From assembly GCA_039679675.1 (NCBI GenBank), contig JBDKUN010000062.1:64001-128000 (forward strand): a DNA stretch of 64,000 bases, read 5' to 3'. The stretch is from Armatimonadota bacterium (GTDB lineage Bacteria; Armatimonadota; UBA5829; DTLH01). Made by a program: the position numbers and the translations under genes. The number at the start of each line of letters is the position of its first letter. Within the stretch, counting starts at the first letter, position 1. Shown piece by piece: positions 1-9,340 of this stretch. Under the pieces are notes generated by a model. That model was given only the letters and a program-made list of their open reading frames with translations. It had not been told where the DNA came from and searched no databases.

Positions 1-1
1 C

Positions 2-196
2 AAGGCGGAGAAGGCCGAAGCTGCCGTAGTCAGTGCGATCATAGATGAATGGGTGCAGATCAGGGCGATCCTTACTACGGATCAGGTCAAGACGATGCAG
101 GAGACCATGAGCAAACATCAAGGTTCGGGACAGAGACCGTCTGGCCCCCCGCCTGGTGCGGACGATCTTACACCACCGCCAGCACCTGAGCGGTAA
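2..196 (+). CDS. Spy/CpxP-like periplasmic protein, 3' part (truncated by window start)
   Basis: Frame 2 reads KAEKAEAAVVSAIIDEWVQIRAILTTDQVKTMQ...PAPER-stop, clearly paralogous to 471..974 (KAEKAEARVVTANIDIWTRMRSVLTASQ); LTxxQ motif. Confidence 0.75.
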   Translation, partial: KAEKAEAAVVSAIIDEWVQIRAILTTDQVKTMQETMSKHQGSGQRPSGPPPGADDLTPPPAPER

Positions 197-252
197 TCAG
201 GAGAAGGTTGGCTGCAGATATATATACAGCCGATCAGGTCAATTTCCCGACT

Positions 253-291
253 AAGCCCCTGTAAGCATCCCTGCAGGGGCTTTTGATTTTT
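253..291 (+). terminator. Probable intrinsic terminator
   Basis: AAGCCCCTG...CAGGGGCTT stem followed by TTGATTTTT after the first gene. Confidence 0.7.
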
Positions 292-354
292 ATAATCTCG
301 ATTAGGTCGCGACAATACTTAAATATAACTACGATGCATCTGTGATTGTTCAGA

Positions 355-382
355 GAAACCACCCTTGAGGTTGCATCGTCAA
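355..382 (+). promoter_or_regulatory. Candidate ECF sigma promoter
   Basis: GAAAC-N17-CGTCAA upstream of a Spy/CpxP-like gene; fits the general ECF AAC/CGT pattern. Confidence 0.45.
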
Positions 383-470
383 TATAAGTAAGAAGCATAC
401 AAGGGTAATGGGTAGGTTTTAGGACAGGTGTCCCGAAACTACAAAAATCCTTCAATAGGAGAAATATGAA

Positions 471-974
471 ATGAAAAAGACAGTGTTAGTGGCAGCAGTG
501 TTGGCAATATTGGTTTCCGCAGTGGCTGTCTGGAGCCAGAGCGCTCACCGAGGCAGGCCCGGCGGTATGATGCCGCGTATGATGGCATGCCCTCAGGCAG
601 CGGTGATGACGCCGCATGCGGGTATGATCGACCGAATGGCCGGAACGCTTAAACTCACCAAAACCCAAACAGCAAAGCTGAAGAAGATTGCCGCAGATGG
701 CGATAAGACTCTGCAGCCGCTTCAATCGAGTTCCGAGAAATCCTGCAAGGCGCTGCGTTCAGCAATGCTGGCGTCCAAATACAACGCCGGCAACGTCAAA
801 AGCCTTGCGGCCAAGGCAGAAAAGGCTGAGGCCAGGGTTGTGACCGCAAATATCGACATCTGGACCAGGATGAGGTCAGTGCTGACGGCGAGCCAGTCGG
901 CCAAACTGCAGAAAATGATGAATATGAACCGGCCTCCGCAGGGACCGGCTGGGCCTCCTCCGGATATGAGATAG
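471..974 (+). CDS. Spy/CpxP-family periplasmic chaperone-like protein
   Basis: Signal peptide, two LTxxQ motifs (LKLTKTQ, VLTASQ), Met/Pro-rich termini, SD AGGAG. Confidence 0.75.
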   Translation: MKKTVLVAAVLAILVSAVAVWSQSAHRGRPGGMMPRMMACPQAAVMTPHAGMIDRMAGTLKLTKTQTAKLKKIAADGDKTLQPLQSSSEKSCKALRSAMLASKYNAGNVKSLAAKAEKAEARVVTANIDIWTRMRSVLTASQSAKLQKMMNMNRPPQGPAGPPPDMR

Positions 975-998
975 GTGATGAGTGAAAGGACTGCTTTC

Positions 999-1211
999 AT
1001 GAAAGAGGATTTAGTGGCTCAATGCACAGCCGGCGTGATTGACGTGCATCGCCTGATCCTTAGACTTACCGACCGTGGTGATTGCACACCGGCAGATATA
1101 AGCACTGAATCGGAAGCGTATCTCAAAGAAAAGTTGGAGACACTGACGCCGGGTGAGTGCGAAATGACTAATCTTGCGATGGAAATCCTGCGCACGGCGC
1201 TAGATGCATAA
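999..1211 (+). CDS. Truncated MarR paralog (dimerisation helices only, no winged HTH), 70 aa
   Basis: SD GAAAGGA before ATG 999; N-terminal DLVAQCTAGVID and C-terminal LKEKLETLTPGECEMTNLAMEILRTAL align to both ends of MarR 2015..2503. Confidence 0.6.
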   Translation: MKEDLVAQCTAGVIDVHRLILRLTDRGDCTPADISTESEAYLKEKLETLTPGECEMTNLAMEILRTALDA

Positions 1212-1246
1212 GGGGTTTCAGGCGTAGGACACGCCTGAAACCCCTT
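1210..1246. repeat. Perfect 16-bp hairpin between convergent genes; member of the GTTTCAG/CTGAAAC module family
   Basis: AAGGGGTTTCAGGCGT-AGGAC-ACGCCTGAAACCCCTT; similar arms at 43732..43762 and 16960..16984. Confidence 0.7.
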
Positions 1247-1310
1247 GAAAAGTTTTTGCCGATATGTTCTATACACAATTGTTTGTTGATAGGATAATCA
1301 AAATCGGCAG

Positions 1311-1817
1311 CTAAGCAATTGCTTCGCTTATCTCGTCGAATATACTGGACATCAGGTCATGTATATCGCTGTTGGGCTTATTGCTTTCGTTCTGTTGTTG
1401 CGAGTACTCGTTGGATGCTCCCTGAGCACCTCCTGCAGGGGGAGGCGGGGGAGGAGGTCCTTGAGGCTGGAGTTCAGATGCGTCGCCGCTTTCTGCAGCA
1501 CTTTCGAACTTCTTTGCCATATCTGTTAACATTTCGGCGTCTTTTCCGGTCAGGTTTTCCGCCGCGCTATTTAGCTTGTCGGCTATGTCGGAGCAGACTG
1601 ATTTGAACTTTTCAGGGTCGGACTTTGCCAGTTCCTGAAGTTTGCTGAACATCTCTCCCGGCCCTGATATGTCGAGAGAATCGGGCTGGTCTAGGATGCT
1701 TGCAGCGGTTCCTGTTGTGTTTGTCGATGTCGAAGACGACAAAGAGCCGGTTGCTTGTGTCCCGTAGAGTTCGGTAAGGCTCGTTATGGAGCTGTTGTTT
1801 AATGCACATACACTCAT
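1311..1817 (-). CDS. Hypothetical protein with Ser/Thr-rich disordered N-terminus and poly-Pro tract
   Basis: Strong SD AAGGAGG, 168 aa, no Sec signal, sigma28-like promoter upstream. Confidence 0.75.
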   Translation of the reverse strand: MSVCALNNSSITSLTELYGTQATGSLSSSTSTNTTGTAASILDQPDSLDISGPGEMFSKLQELAKSDPEKFKSVCSDIADKLNSAAENLTGKDAEMLTDMAKKFESAAESGDASELQPQGPPPPPPPAGGAQGASNEYSQQQNESNKPNSDIHDLMSSIFDEISEAIA

Positions 1818-1877
1818 GGGATTTTCCTCCTTAAAAGGGTCACTTACTTGATATTTACAAGTAATATGTCATGAAAT

Positions 1878-1905
1878 GTATCGACACAACATATCAAAGA
1901 CTTTA
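1878..1905 (-). promoter_or_regulatory. Sigma28 (FliA/SigD)-like promoter
   Basis: Minus strand TAAA-N16-GTCGATAC versus consensus TAAA-N15/16-GCCGATAA. Confidence 0.55.
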
Positions 1906-1920
1906 GATGATTAACGTAAT

Positions 1921-1950
1921 TCAAAGAATAATATGCAGAATTGCCGATAA
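1921..1950 (+). promoter_or_regulatory. Sigma28-like promoter for the marR-tolC operon
   Basis: TCAAAG-N16-GCCGATAA; exact consensus -10, weaker -35. Confidence 0.45.
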
Positions 1951-2014
1951 ATTGCCATAATTAGTGGAACAAAGAAATAGTTGCAAGAGTCAAATATTAG
2001 AAAGGAGGATGGCC

Positions 2015-2503
2015 ATGCCAAACGATGTTATAGACCAATGCGCGGCAAAAGTAATGGAAACGTGCCATTTTGTCACGCAATCCATCGGAACAGAGATGAA
2101 CAGGCGTACTCCTACATCACTGTCTATCCGTCAGATAGCAGCATTGATGACTATCAGAGATCAGCAGGGTTCATCGCTCTCTATTCTATCAGAGAATATC
2201 GGCTGCACTATTTCGTCGGCATCGAAATTGTTGGATGGTTTGGTGGAACGCGGATATGTTGTCCGCGCTACAGCTGAACATGATAGAAGAAAGCTGATGT
2301 TAACACTCACCTGCGAGGGAGAAGAAGCTTTAAAGGTCATCAGTAATAGCAGTATGCTGCTTCTCAAAGAAAAACTATCGGTTTTTACGCCAAATGAGTG
2401 CCTGATGGTGAATCTGGTAATGGATCTCCTTCATAAAGCACTTTCGGCCGGTCTTCCCAATTCCGCCGGGAAGCCTACAGAGACGGAGGTATGTAAGTTG
2501 TGA
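2015..2503 (+). CDS. MarR-family transcriptional regulator
   Basis: HTH plus wing motif LVERGYVVR...DRRKLMLTLT; SD GAAAGGAGG supports a start at 2015 (ORF track 1964). Confidence 0.9.
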   Translation: MPNDVIDQCAAKVMETCHFVTQSIGTEMNRRTPTSLSIRQIAALMTIRDQQGSSLSILSENIGCTISSASKLLDGLVERGYVVRATAEHDRRKLMLTLTCEGEEALKVISNSSMLLLKEKLSVFTPNECLMVNLVMDLLHKALSAGLPNSAGKPTETEVCKL

Positions 2504-3786
2504 GGATAGTAAGGTCTCTATTATGTCTTACTGCGCTGCTTGCGGTATCCACTTTTTGCAATGCAGCGGAGGAGGTGCAGAAAAACAAAGCGCTTTCACT
2601 GGAGGAGTGCATCGAAATCGCAATGCGCGGCAATGTCGATGTTTTGACCGCGAAAAACAACGTTACGGCAGCTAAAAACCGTTCCGTCAGCGCAAAAAGC
2701 GACTATCTTCCGCAGATGTCGGTGCAGAACAACGCTTTCACATGGGGTTCGGACGGCGTCCTTAACAAAACGACCACAGGAACTGCTCTTACCGTGAGCC
2801 AGAATATATTCGACGGCGGGCTGCGCGAAGCAAATGTGCAGTCAGCGAAATACGGTATGACGCAGAACACGGCAAAGTTGACGCGCACCGTGCAGACTGT
2901 GGATTACAACGTGAGTAAGTCTTATTATGAAGTCCTCCGTGCGCGGCATCTTGCTGGAGTGGCGGAAGCGAACGTGAATTACAATAAGGGGCTGCTCGAT
3001 CAGGTGCAGGCCCGCGCTGAAGTGGGTGCAGCGGCAAAGATCGACATTCTTCCCATAGAAGCACAGCTCGCAAGCGCTCGCGTAAGCCTTCTGTCGGCTC
3101 AAAATACTGTCCGCACATCTGCGATCCAGCTGCAGAATATTATGGGGCTTACATCGCAGCCAGGGTTCGATATAGCCGAGGTGGATGAGACGCCGGCTGC
3201 TGATTCAATGCCTTTGGACGAATATGTGGCAACAGCGCTCAAATCTCGCCCTGATATTCTTGAGAACCAGGCTGCGATAGGTTCGGCGAAAGCATTGGTC
3301 AAATCCGCGAAGATCTCACTTTATCCTCGTCCGGCAGTAACCGCTGAATACCAGCGGCAGGTGTCAGGAGGGTTCACGACTGGCGGTACCCAGGTGGTCG
3401 GCGGGATAGTATACAATATCTTTAACGGCGGAGCCAACCGGGCTGCCTACAAGGAAGCCAAGGCCAACCAGGCTAATGCGGAACTGCAGGAAGAACAGAT
3501 GGGCAGAGACATCCGTTCTGAAGTAGAAGAAGCCTACTATAACCTGACGAACGCCCAGGAGCGGGTGACTGCAAGTGCCCTCAGCCTTAAGGCTGCCGAT
3601 AATAACTATCAGGCGCAGAAAGAGAGATATTCTCAAGGGCTGGGTACCACGCTGGACTTGCTTAACGCCGAGGTGCAGTTTGTAACTGCCCAGAGCGATG
3701 ATGTTCAAGCCCGTTACGATTACTATATTGCCGTTGCCCAGATGGAGTATGCGGTAGGCAAACAAGGAGGAGCATATGAAAAGTAG
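2500..3786 (+). CDS. TolC-family outer membrane efflux protein
   Basis: Signal peptide, LSLEECIEIA start, two OEP repeats, G(L)GTTLDLLNAE motif. Confidence 0.92.
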   Translation: MRIVRSLLCLTALLAVSTFCNAAEEVQKNKALSLEECIEIAMRGNVDVLTAKNNVTAAKNRSVSAKSDYLPQMSVQNNAFTWGSDGVLNKTTTGTALTVSQNIFDGGLREANVQSAKYGMTQNTAKLTRTVQTVDYNVSKSYYEVLRARHLAGVAEANVNYNKGLLDQVQARAEVGAAAKIDILPIEAQLASARVSLLSAQNTVRTSAIQLQNIMGLTSQPGFDIAEVDETPAADSMPLDEYVATALKSRPDILENQAAIGSAKALVKSAKISLYPRPAVTAEYQRQVSGGFTTGGTQVVGGIVYNIFNGGANRAAYKEAKANQANAELQEEQMGRDIRSEVEEAYYNLTNAQERVTASALSLKAADNNYQAQKERYSQGLGTTLDLLNAEVQFVTAQSDDVQARYDYYIAVAQMEYAVGKQGGAYEK

Positions 3787-5443
3787 AAGGCCGCGTCGAA
3801 AGCATCTGATAATAGCCGTAATCGCACTCCTGATTATCACTATTGTAATAGTGCATATGAAAAAATCAGGCAATAAGACGGTTGCGCCTGAGACTGCTGT
3901 TGTTACACGGGGGACGGTATTGTCCAGCGTTTCGGGCAATGGAGTGCTGCAGCCGGTGACCACGGTGGAAGTCAAGTCAAACGTTGGCGGGCAGGTTGTT
4001 AAACTGGCGGTAGACGAAGGTGACCATGTCAAAGCCGGTCAGTTGATAGCCAAGATCGATCCTTCAGACTCAATATCGAACCTCGATCAGTCAAAAGCCG
4101 ATTATTCGAGCTCAGAAGCGCAGGTGAATTCAGCCAAACAGGCGCTTTCCATGCAGCGCCTTCAGACAGCCGCGAACATAGCCAGTGCGGAGCAGGCGCT
4201 TGAATCGAGCAGGCAGAAGTTGCTTCAGGCAGAGCAGGAAGCGAAGGTTCAACCCAGACTCACAAAAGAGTCGATAAAACAGGCTCAGAGTTCGCTGGAG
4301 TCAGCTATTGCGAGCATGACCCAAACGAAGTCGGCATCTGTTCCACAGAAGCTGTCTGCGGCTAAAGCTTCTTACGATGAGGCCAGTGCGTCTTACGATA
4401 ACGCGGAAAAGAGCCTCAAACGCCAGAAGGCTCTTCTGGTAAAGGGATTCGTTTCACAGAGCAATGTAGATGACGCCGAAGCGCAGTATTCGCTTGCGAA
4501 AGGCCAGCTTGAGAGCGCAAAAAGCAAATATGACACGATAAAAGAAGAATCAGACCAGGATCTGAAGTCCGCGGAAGCCAAAGTCGCGCAGGCCAGATCA
4601 GCACTTGAGTCTGCCCGCGCCAATGGAGTGCAGGATGACTTGAAGCTGAAAGAGTTGGCAGCATCCAAAGCGGCTCTGAAACAGGCATTGGCTGCACTTG
4701 CTTCCTCCCGCGCATCATCATATCAGGATCAGATGAAAAGCGAGTCAGTACTTCAGGCTCAGGCTCAGTTGAAGAAATCTAAAGCCGCATTGGAGAACGC
4801 ACAGACCCAGCTCGGCTATACGACTGTTGTCGCACCAAGGGATGGTGTCGTGGTCAAGAAATACGTTGAGTCCGGTTCAATAATCACTGCCGGACGGCAG
4901 GCCATGGCCGGAAGCGGATCAGGAGTCACAATAGTCGATATAGCCGATATAAGCAAAATGCAGGTTGTAGTGGACGTCGACGAGACGGATGTCGGCAAGA
5001 TAACACTCGGCCAGGATGTCGATGTCAGTGTCGATGCATGCCCCGATGAGCTGTTCCCTGCAAAGGTCATTAAGATCGCGCCGGAAGCAGAGGTCAATTC
5101 CAATGTAACTACTGTGCCAGTAACTGTTCAGCTCGATCAGGCAGATTCGAGGCTGAAACCTGAGATGAACGCTACCTGCGACTTCGTGGTCGAGCGAAAA
5201 GAGGATGTGTTGTGTGTGCCTATAGAAGCAGTCACCGAGACGGATGCAGGCACAAATGTCACGGTACTCGGACATGACGGAAAAACCCAGTCTTTTCGCA
5301 AGGTCCAGGTCGGACTGATGGGCAATGACAACTGCGAAATCGTGAGTGGCCTAAAAGAAGGCGAGAAGGTCGTCATACCTGAAGAGGAAACGACGACCAA
5401 GAGTAGTAATTTCCGAGGCGGCGGCGGCCCACCACCAATGTAG
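3776..5443 (+). CDS. MacA/HlyD-like periplasmic adaptor with long coiled coil
   Basis: N-terminal TM, lipoyl motifs VEVKSNVGGQV / VVAPRDGVV, VDETDVGKI. Confidence 0.92.
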   Translation: MKSRRPRRKHLIIAVIALLIITIVIVHMKKSGNKTVAPETAVVTRGTVLSSVSGNGVLQPVTTVEVKSNVGGQVVKLAVDEGDHVKAGQLIAKIDPSDSISNLDQSKADYSSSEAQVNSAKQALSMQRLQTAANIASAEQALESSRQKLLQAEQEAKVQPRLTKESIKQAQSSLESAIASMTQTKSASVPQKLSAAKASYDEASASYDNAEKSLKRQKALLVKGFVSQSNVDDAEAQYSLAKGQLESAKSKYDTIKEESDQDLKSAEAKVAQARSALESARANGVQDDLKLKELAASKAALKQALAALASSRASSYQDQMKSESVLQAQAQLKKSKAALENAQTQLGYTTVVAPRDGVVVKKYVESGSIITAGRQAMAGSGSGVTIVDIADISKMQVVVDVDETDVGKITLGQDVDVSVDACPDELFPAKVIKIAPEAEVNSNVTTVPVTVQLDQADSRLKPEMNATCDFVVERKEDVLCVPIEAVTETDAGTNVTVLGHDGKTQSFRKVQVGLMGNDNCEIVSGLKEGEKVVIPEEETTTKSSNFRGGGGPPPM

Positions 5444-5455
5444 GGGAGAATAACT

Positions 5456-6184
5456 ATGATTCATGTAGAAGATCTCCATAAAACATACTATATGGGTGAC
5501 ATTGCGGTCCACGCCCTAAAGGGCGTATCGCTCGATGTCAAGCCGGGTGAGTTCGTGGCTATCATGGGGCCGTCTGGGTCAGGCAAATCGACATTCATGA
5601 ACATCATAGGATGTCTCGATAAGCCTACCGAAGGTTCTTACATCCTCGACAAACAGGAAGTAGCCGGAATGAACGACGATCAGCTTGCAGCGGTCCGTAA
5701 CCGCAAGATCGGGTTCGTCTTTCAGACATTCAACCTGATACCGAGGCGGCCAGCCTTGAAGCAGGTGATGCTTCCGATGCTCTACGACCCAGATGCTGCC
5801 GACACTGAGGCCAAGGCTAAGGCCGCACTGGAGCGTGTTGGGCTCGGCGATAGGCTCGACCATAAGCCGAACGAACTCTCAGGCGGACAGCAGCAGCGTG
5901 TAGCCATTGCGCGCGCCTTTGTCACCAATCCGGTTATCATATTAGGTGACGAGCCTACCGGCAACCTCGATACCCGGACAAGTGAAGAGATCATGGTGAT
6001 ATTCCAGGAACTCCACGCCGAAGGCAAGACTGTTGTAATAGTCACTCACGAAGAAGACATCGCGAAGCATGCACAGCGCGTGATTCGCTTCAAGGACGGA
6101 CACATCGTTTCCGACCAAAAGGCCGATCATCCGGTAGACGCGCGGGATGTACTGGCGAAACTGCCGGTGGAGGAAGAGTCATGA
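5456..6184 (+). CDS. ABC transporter ATP-binding protein (MacB/LolD-type)
   Basis: Walker [26 protein letters not shown]. Confidence 0.95.
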   Translation: MIHVEDLHKTYYMGDIAVHALKGVSLDVKPGEFVAIMGPSGSGKSTFMNIIGCLDKPTEGSYILDKQEVAGMNDDQLAAVRNRKIGFVFQTFNLIPRRPALKQVMLPMLYDPDAADTEAKAKAALERVGLGDRLDHKPNELSGGQQQRVAIARAFVTNPVIILGDEPTGNLDTRTSEEIMVIFQELHAEGKTVVIVTHEEDIAKHAQRVIRFKDGHIVSDQKADHPVDARDVLAKLPVEEES

Positions 6185-7401
6185 ACATTCTGGAGAGTAT
6201 ATCCGTCGCGCTGGAAGGCCTGGTCGCAAATAAAATGCGCTCAGCGCTCACTATGCTCGGCATTATCATCGGCGTATCCGCAGTTATCACTATGCTGGCT
6301 CTTGCGGGGGGCGCGAGCAGCCAGATGATGAGCCGGATCAAGCAGATGGGCACTAATGTGCTTATTGTCAGGTCAGGCCAGTCCAAGAGCGGAGCGGTCC
6401 GTGGCGGTTTCGGCAGCATGGACACTCTTACGCTCGATGATGCGGATGCCGTTGCCGAAAAATGCTCTGCTATTGCCAAAACAGCGCCTGAGGCGTCAGG
6501 AATGGCACAGGCCGAATTCCGCAACAACAATACCAATACAACCATACTCGGCACCACCCCAGATTATCTGGATATACGCAACTACCGGGTAAATAAAGGG
6601 AGATTCTTCAGGCTGCGGGATGTCAAATCGATGAGAACGGTTGCAGTCATCGGTCCGACGACCGCAACGACTCTCTTCGGCAAGATGTCTCCGGTAGGCA
6701 AGAAGATAAGTATTAAGGGTATCCGGTTCCAGGTGATAGGCGTGCTGGCCAGCAAGGGGACTGCAGGCGGATTCGGCGATCCCGACGACCAGATAATGGT
6801 CCCGGTCACGACTGCGATGCAAAGGTTGTTCGGTCTGCAATATATCCGTATGATCGATGCTCAGGCTGTTACTATGGCCCAGATGGACAAAGCAACCAGC
6901 CAGATCACAAAGCTTCTGCGTAAGCGCCACCGGCTGGCTGATAGTGCCGAGGACGACTTTGTCGTCCGCAACCAGGCAGAGATCATGGAAATGGCCAGCG
7001 AGACTTCCAAGGTCTTTACTCTGCTCCTTGGCGGTATAGCGAGTGTTTCACTTTTGGTCGGAGGTATAGGTGTTATGAACATCATGTTAGTCTCCGTTAC
7101 CGAGCGGACTCGTGAAATCGGCATAAGGAAAGCTATTGGAGCGCGGAATAGGGATATTCAACTGCAGTTCCTGGTCGAAGCTCTTGTGCTTTCGATGGCA
7201 GGCGGAGTAATAGGAATACTGCTCGGAATGGCCGGATCATCGATCATCAGCAGCATCTCGTCGTCATTTAAGGCGACTGTTTCGCTGGGGTCTATTCTCT
7301 TATCATTTGGTTTCTCTGCGCTTGTAGGAGTCTTCTTCGGCTATTATCCAGCCCGTGCCGCGTCACAGTTGGACCCTATAGAAGCGCTGCGTTACGAATA
7401 A
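6181..7401 (+). CDS. ABC transporter permease (MacB/FtsX-type)
   Basis: RSALTMLGIIIG, GGIGVMNIMLVSVTERTREIGIRKAIGA. Confidence 0.95.
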   Translation: MNILESISVALEGLVANKMRSALTMLGIIIGVSAVITMLALAGGASSQMMSRIKQMGTNVLIVRSGQSKSGAVRGGFGSMDTLTLDDADAVAEKCSAIAKTAPEASGMAQAEFRNNNTNTTILGTTPDYLDIRNYRVNKGRFFRLRDVKSMRTVAVIGPTTATTLFGKMSPVGKKISIKGIRFQVIGVLASKGTAGGFGDPDDQIMVPVTTAMQRLFGLQYIRMIDAQAVTMAQMDKATSQITKLLRKRHRLADSAEDDFVVRNQAEIMEMASETSKVFTLLLGGIASVSLLVGGIGVMNIMLVSVTERTREIGIRKAIGARNRDIQLQFLVEALVLSMAGGVIGILLGMAGSSIISSISSSFKATVSLGSILLSFGFSALVGVFFGYYPARAASQLDPIEALRYE

Positions 7402-7419
7402 GATGAAAGGAAAACTGCA

Positions 7420-8037
7420 ATGAAACGCGTATTGGCTTGTATTGTCGTGTTGATCGTCCTTGTAGGCGGATATTTTGCATACAAAAGCAGTTCCGGAGTG
7501 GCAAAAAGCTCTGCAGGGGACACTTCACAGGGATTTACGGCTTCCGGCGGGCAGATGGGTGGATCTCAGGGCTCAGGCCGGTTTGCAGAGTTACAGAAAG
7601 AGCATAAATACGCATTCCAGATGCTTAAGCAGCTCAATAGTATCAGGCGTCTGGAAGAGAGTGGCAAGGAACCGCTCACAAAGGCTCAGGCTAAGTCTAT
7701 CCTCGCGATAGTACAACCCCTGCGTGAGAAAAAAACGCTGGATGAGACCAGCGCAGAGGATGCTGTCAAGGCGCTGCAGGCTGTAATAACAGATAAACAG
7801 CGCTCGGTGATCAGCGCGCTTCCTGCCGAGCAGCAGTTCCGGCAGGGCGGCCCGCCCCAGGGCATGCCATCGGGCAGGCGGCAGGGTGGCCCTCCTCCTG
7901 GAGCAGGCGGTCCCGGTGGTATGAAGAATTTCAACCCGCTCAACCGTCCGGCAGGCGGGCCTCCCGGAATGCAGGGGCAAAGACGCGGAGGGATCGAAAA
8001 ATTGCTCGACGATTTGAAGAAGAAGAGCGGGGATTAG
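7420..8037 (+). CDS. Membrane-anchored hypothetical protein with Gly/Pro-rich C-terminus
   Basis: N-terminal TM, LTxxQ-like helices (LTKAQ, ITDKQ), GGPP repeats; co-oriented with the exporter. Confidence 0.75.
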   Translation: MKRVLACIVVLIVLVGGYFAYKSSSGVAKSSAGDTSQGFTASGGQMGGSQGSGRFAELQKEHKYAFQMLKQLNSIRRLEESGKEPLTKAQAKSILAIVQPLREKKTLDETSAEDAVKALQAVITDKQRSVISALPAEQQFRQGGPPQGMPSGRRQGGPPPGAGGPGGMKNFNPLNRPAGGPPGMQGQRRGGIEKLLDDLKKKSGD

Positions 8038-8054
8038 GATTTAGTGAGAGTTTC

Positions 8055-8085
8055 TTCCGGGCTGTATTTGCAATGCAGCCCGGAA
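8055..8085. terminator. Hairpin between convergent genes
   Basis: TTCCGGGCTG...CAGCCCGGAA. Confidence 0.55.
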
Positions 8086-8111
8086 TGGCCTAAATCCTTC
8101 CCCGAAAATGC

Positions 8112-9092
8112 TTACACTTTCACCGCTGTGCCGGTTTCGGATGAACGATAGACTGCGTGGGCGATAGACAGGGCTTCCTGTCCATTCAATCCAGTCTCGA
8201 AAGGCCTGCGGCCATCGGTGACGGCGTGTACCATATCTTCTATCTCCATTGCGAGTGAACGGTCCGGCTCCAGTGAAAGATCGAAGACCTCCTCAAGCCC
8301 TGCCCCGCTCAACCCGACGGCGACAGTGGCGTTATCGTAGTCGAGTTTGATGTATCCTTCCGTCCCGGAGATGTCCATAGAGAGATAGCCCACCCAGTCA
8401 GTCCATGAGGAGTGAATAATGGCTGACCGGTTGTCAGATGTTGTGAGGATCGCGAACGCATTATCTTCGCATGGTTCTATCGGCAGCATCAATATTGCCG
8501 TCCGCCCTGTTACCTCCTTGAAATCACCCATGAAGAAGCTGCAGAGGTCTATAAGGTCCATACCGTTGTCGAGAAGCGTGCCGCCGCCTGAAAGCTCGCA
8601 ATCGACCATCCAGTCCGCCGGACGCTCTGTGTAACCTCCACGGCTTGTCCTGCCACGGATGAAGAGAATTCTACCTATCCTGCCTTCGTTTATTATGTTT
8701 CGAGTTTTGATGACTGCAGGATGATAGCGGCGGCGAAATCCGGTCCTCAGTCTGACTTTGTGTTCTTGTGCTGCTCCGATCATCTGTGCCCCCTCGGACG
8801 GGTTCCGCGCCAGCGGGCGCTCGCACAGGATATTTTTTCCGGCTTCAGCAGATGCCAGGGCGATTGCAGCGTGAAGGTTGTTGGATGTGGCGATGACTAC
8901 AGCGTCCACATCGGTCCTTGCAATGGACGATCTCCAGTCAGTGGATGAATCAGCTCCGTAGCGCCGTGCCAGACTCTCTGCGCGGTTTCTCACCGTATCC
9001 ACGCAGACGATAACCTCAGCACCCTCCACGGAGTCTATAGCTGCTGCTCTCCTGCTGCCTGCCTCACCGCAGCCGATTATTGCAAATCTCAT
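8112..9092 (-). CDS. Gfo/Idh/MocA-family oxidoreductase
   Basis: IIGCGEAG Rossmann motif, CERP (canonically CEKP), GGGTLLDNG. Confidence 0.88.
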   Translation of the reverse strand: MRFAIIGCGEAGSRRAAAIDSVEGAEVIVCVDTVRNRAESLARRYGADSSTDWRSSIARTDVDAVVIATSNNLHAAIALASAEAGKNILCERPLARNPSEGAQMIGAAQEHKVRLRTGFRRRYHPAVIKTRNIINEGRIGRILFIRGRTSRGGYTERPADWMVDCELSGGGTLLDNGMDLIDLCSFFMGDFKEVTGRTAILMLPIEPCEDNAFAILTTSDNRSAIIHSSWTDWVGYLSMDISGTEGYIKLDYDNATVAVGLSGAGLEEVFDLSLEPDRSLAMEIEDMVHAVTDGRRPFETGLNGQEALSIAHAVYRSSETGTAVKV

Positions 9093-9148
9093 GTCTTCCC
9101 TCCGGCTCCCTTTTTATTACGAAAGAAGGAGAAGGGTGGATAGAGGTT

Positions 9149-9340
9149 CTCGACACCTGCGGTGTCGGCTTCGGCAGCAAGCAGTCCGAAGCAATAACCC
9201 GACCGCAGTTCGTCCTACTACCCCGTGGACCTACTGGACCACGGGGTGTATTAGCCGTGGACCTACTGGACCACGGGGAGAAGCACGAGTCTCCACTAAT
9301 CCGGAAAGGCCGGCTTCGCGCAAAATATGTGCGCCGAAGC
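9149..9340. repeat. Mosaic palindromic repeat island A
   Basis: Modules CGACACCTGCGGTGTCG, GCTTCGGcagcaagcagtCCGAAGC, GACCGCAGTTCGTCC and two CCGTGGACCTACTGGACCACGG copies, shared with 43.6-44.0, 47.1-47.5 and 50.9 kb. Confidence 0.9.

Noticed and set aside
9221..9278. Tandem CCGTGGACCTACTGGACCACGGGG copies as a CRISPR array
   Set aside because: Only two copies about 8 nt apart, no spacers of CRISPR length, no cas genes; the same module is dispersed elsewhere
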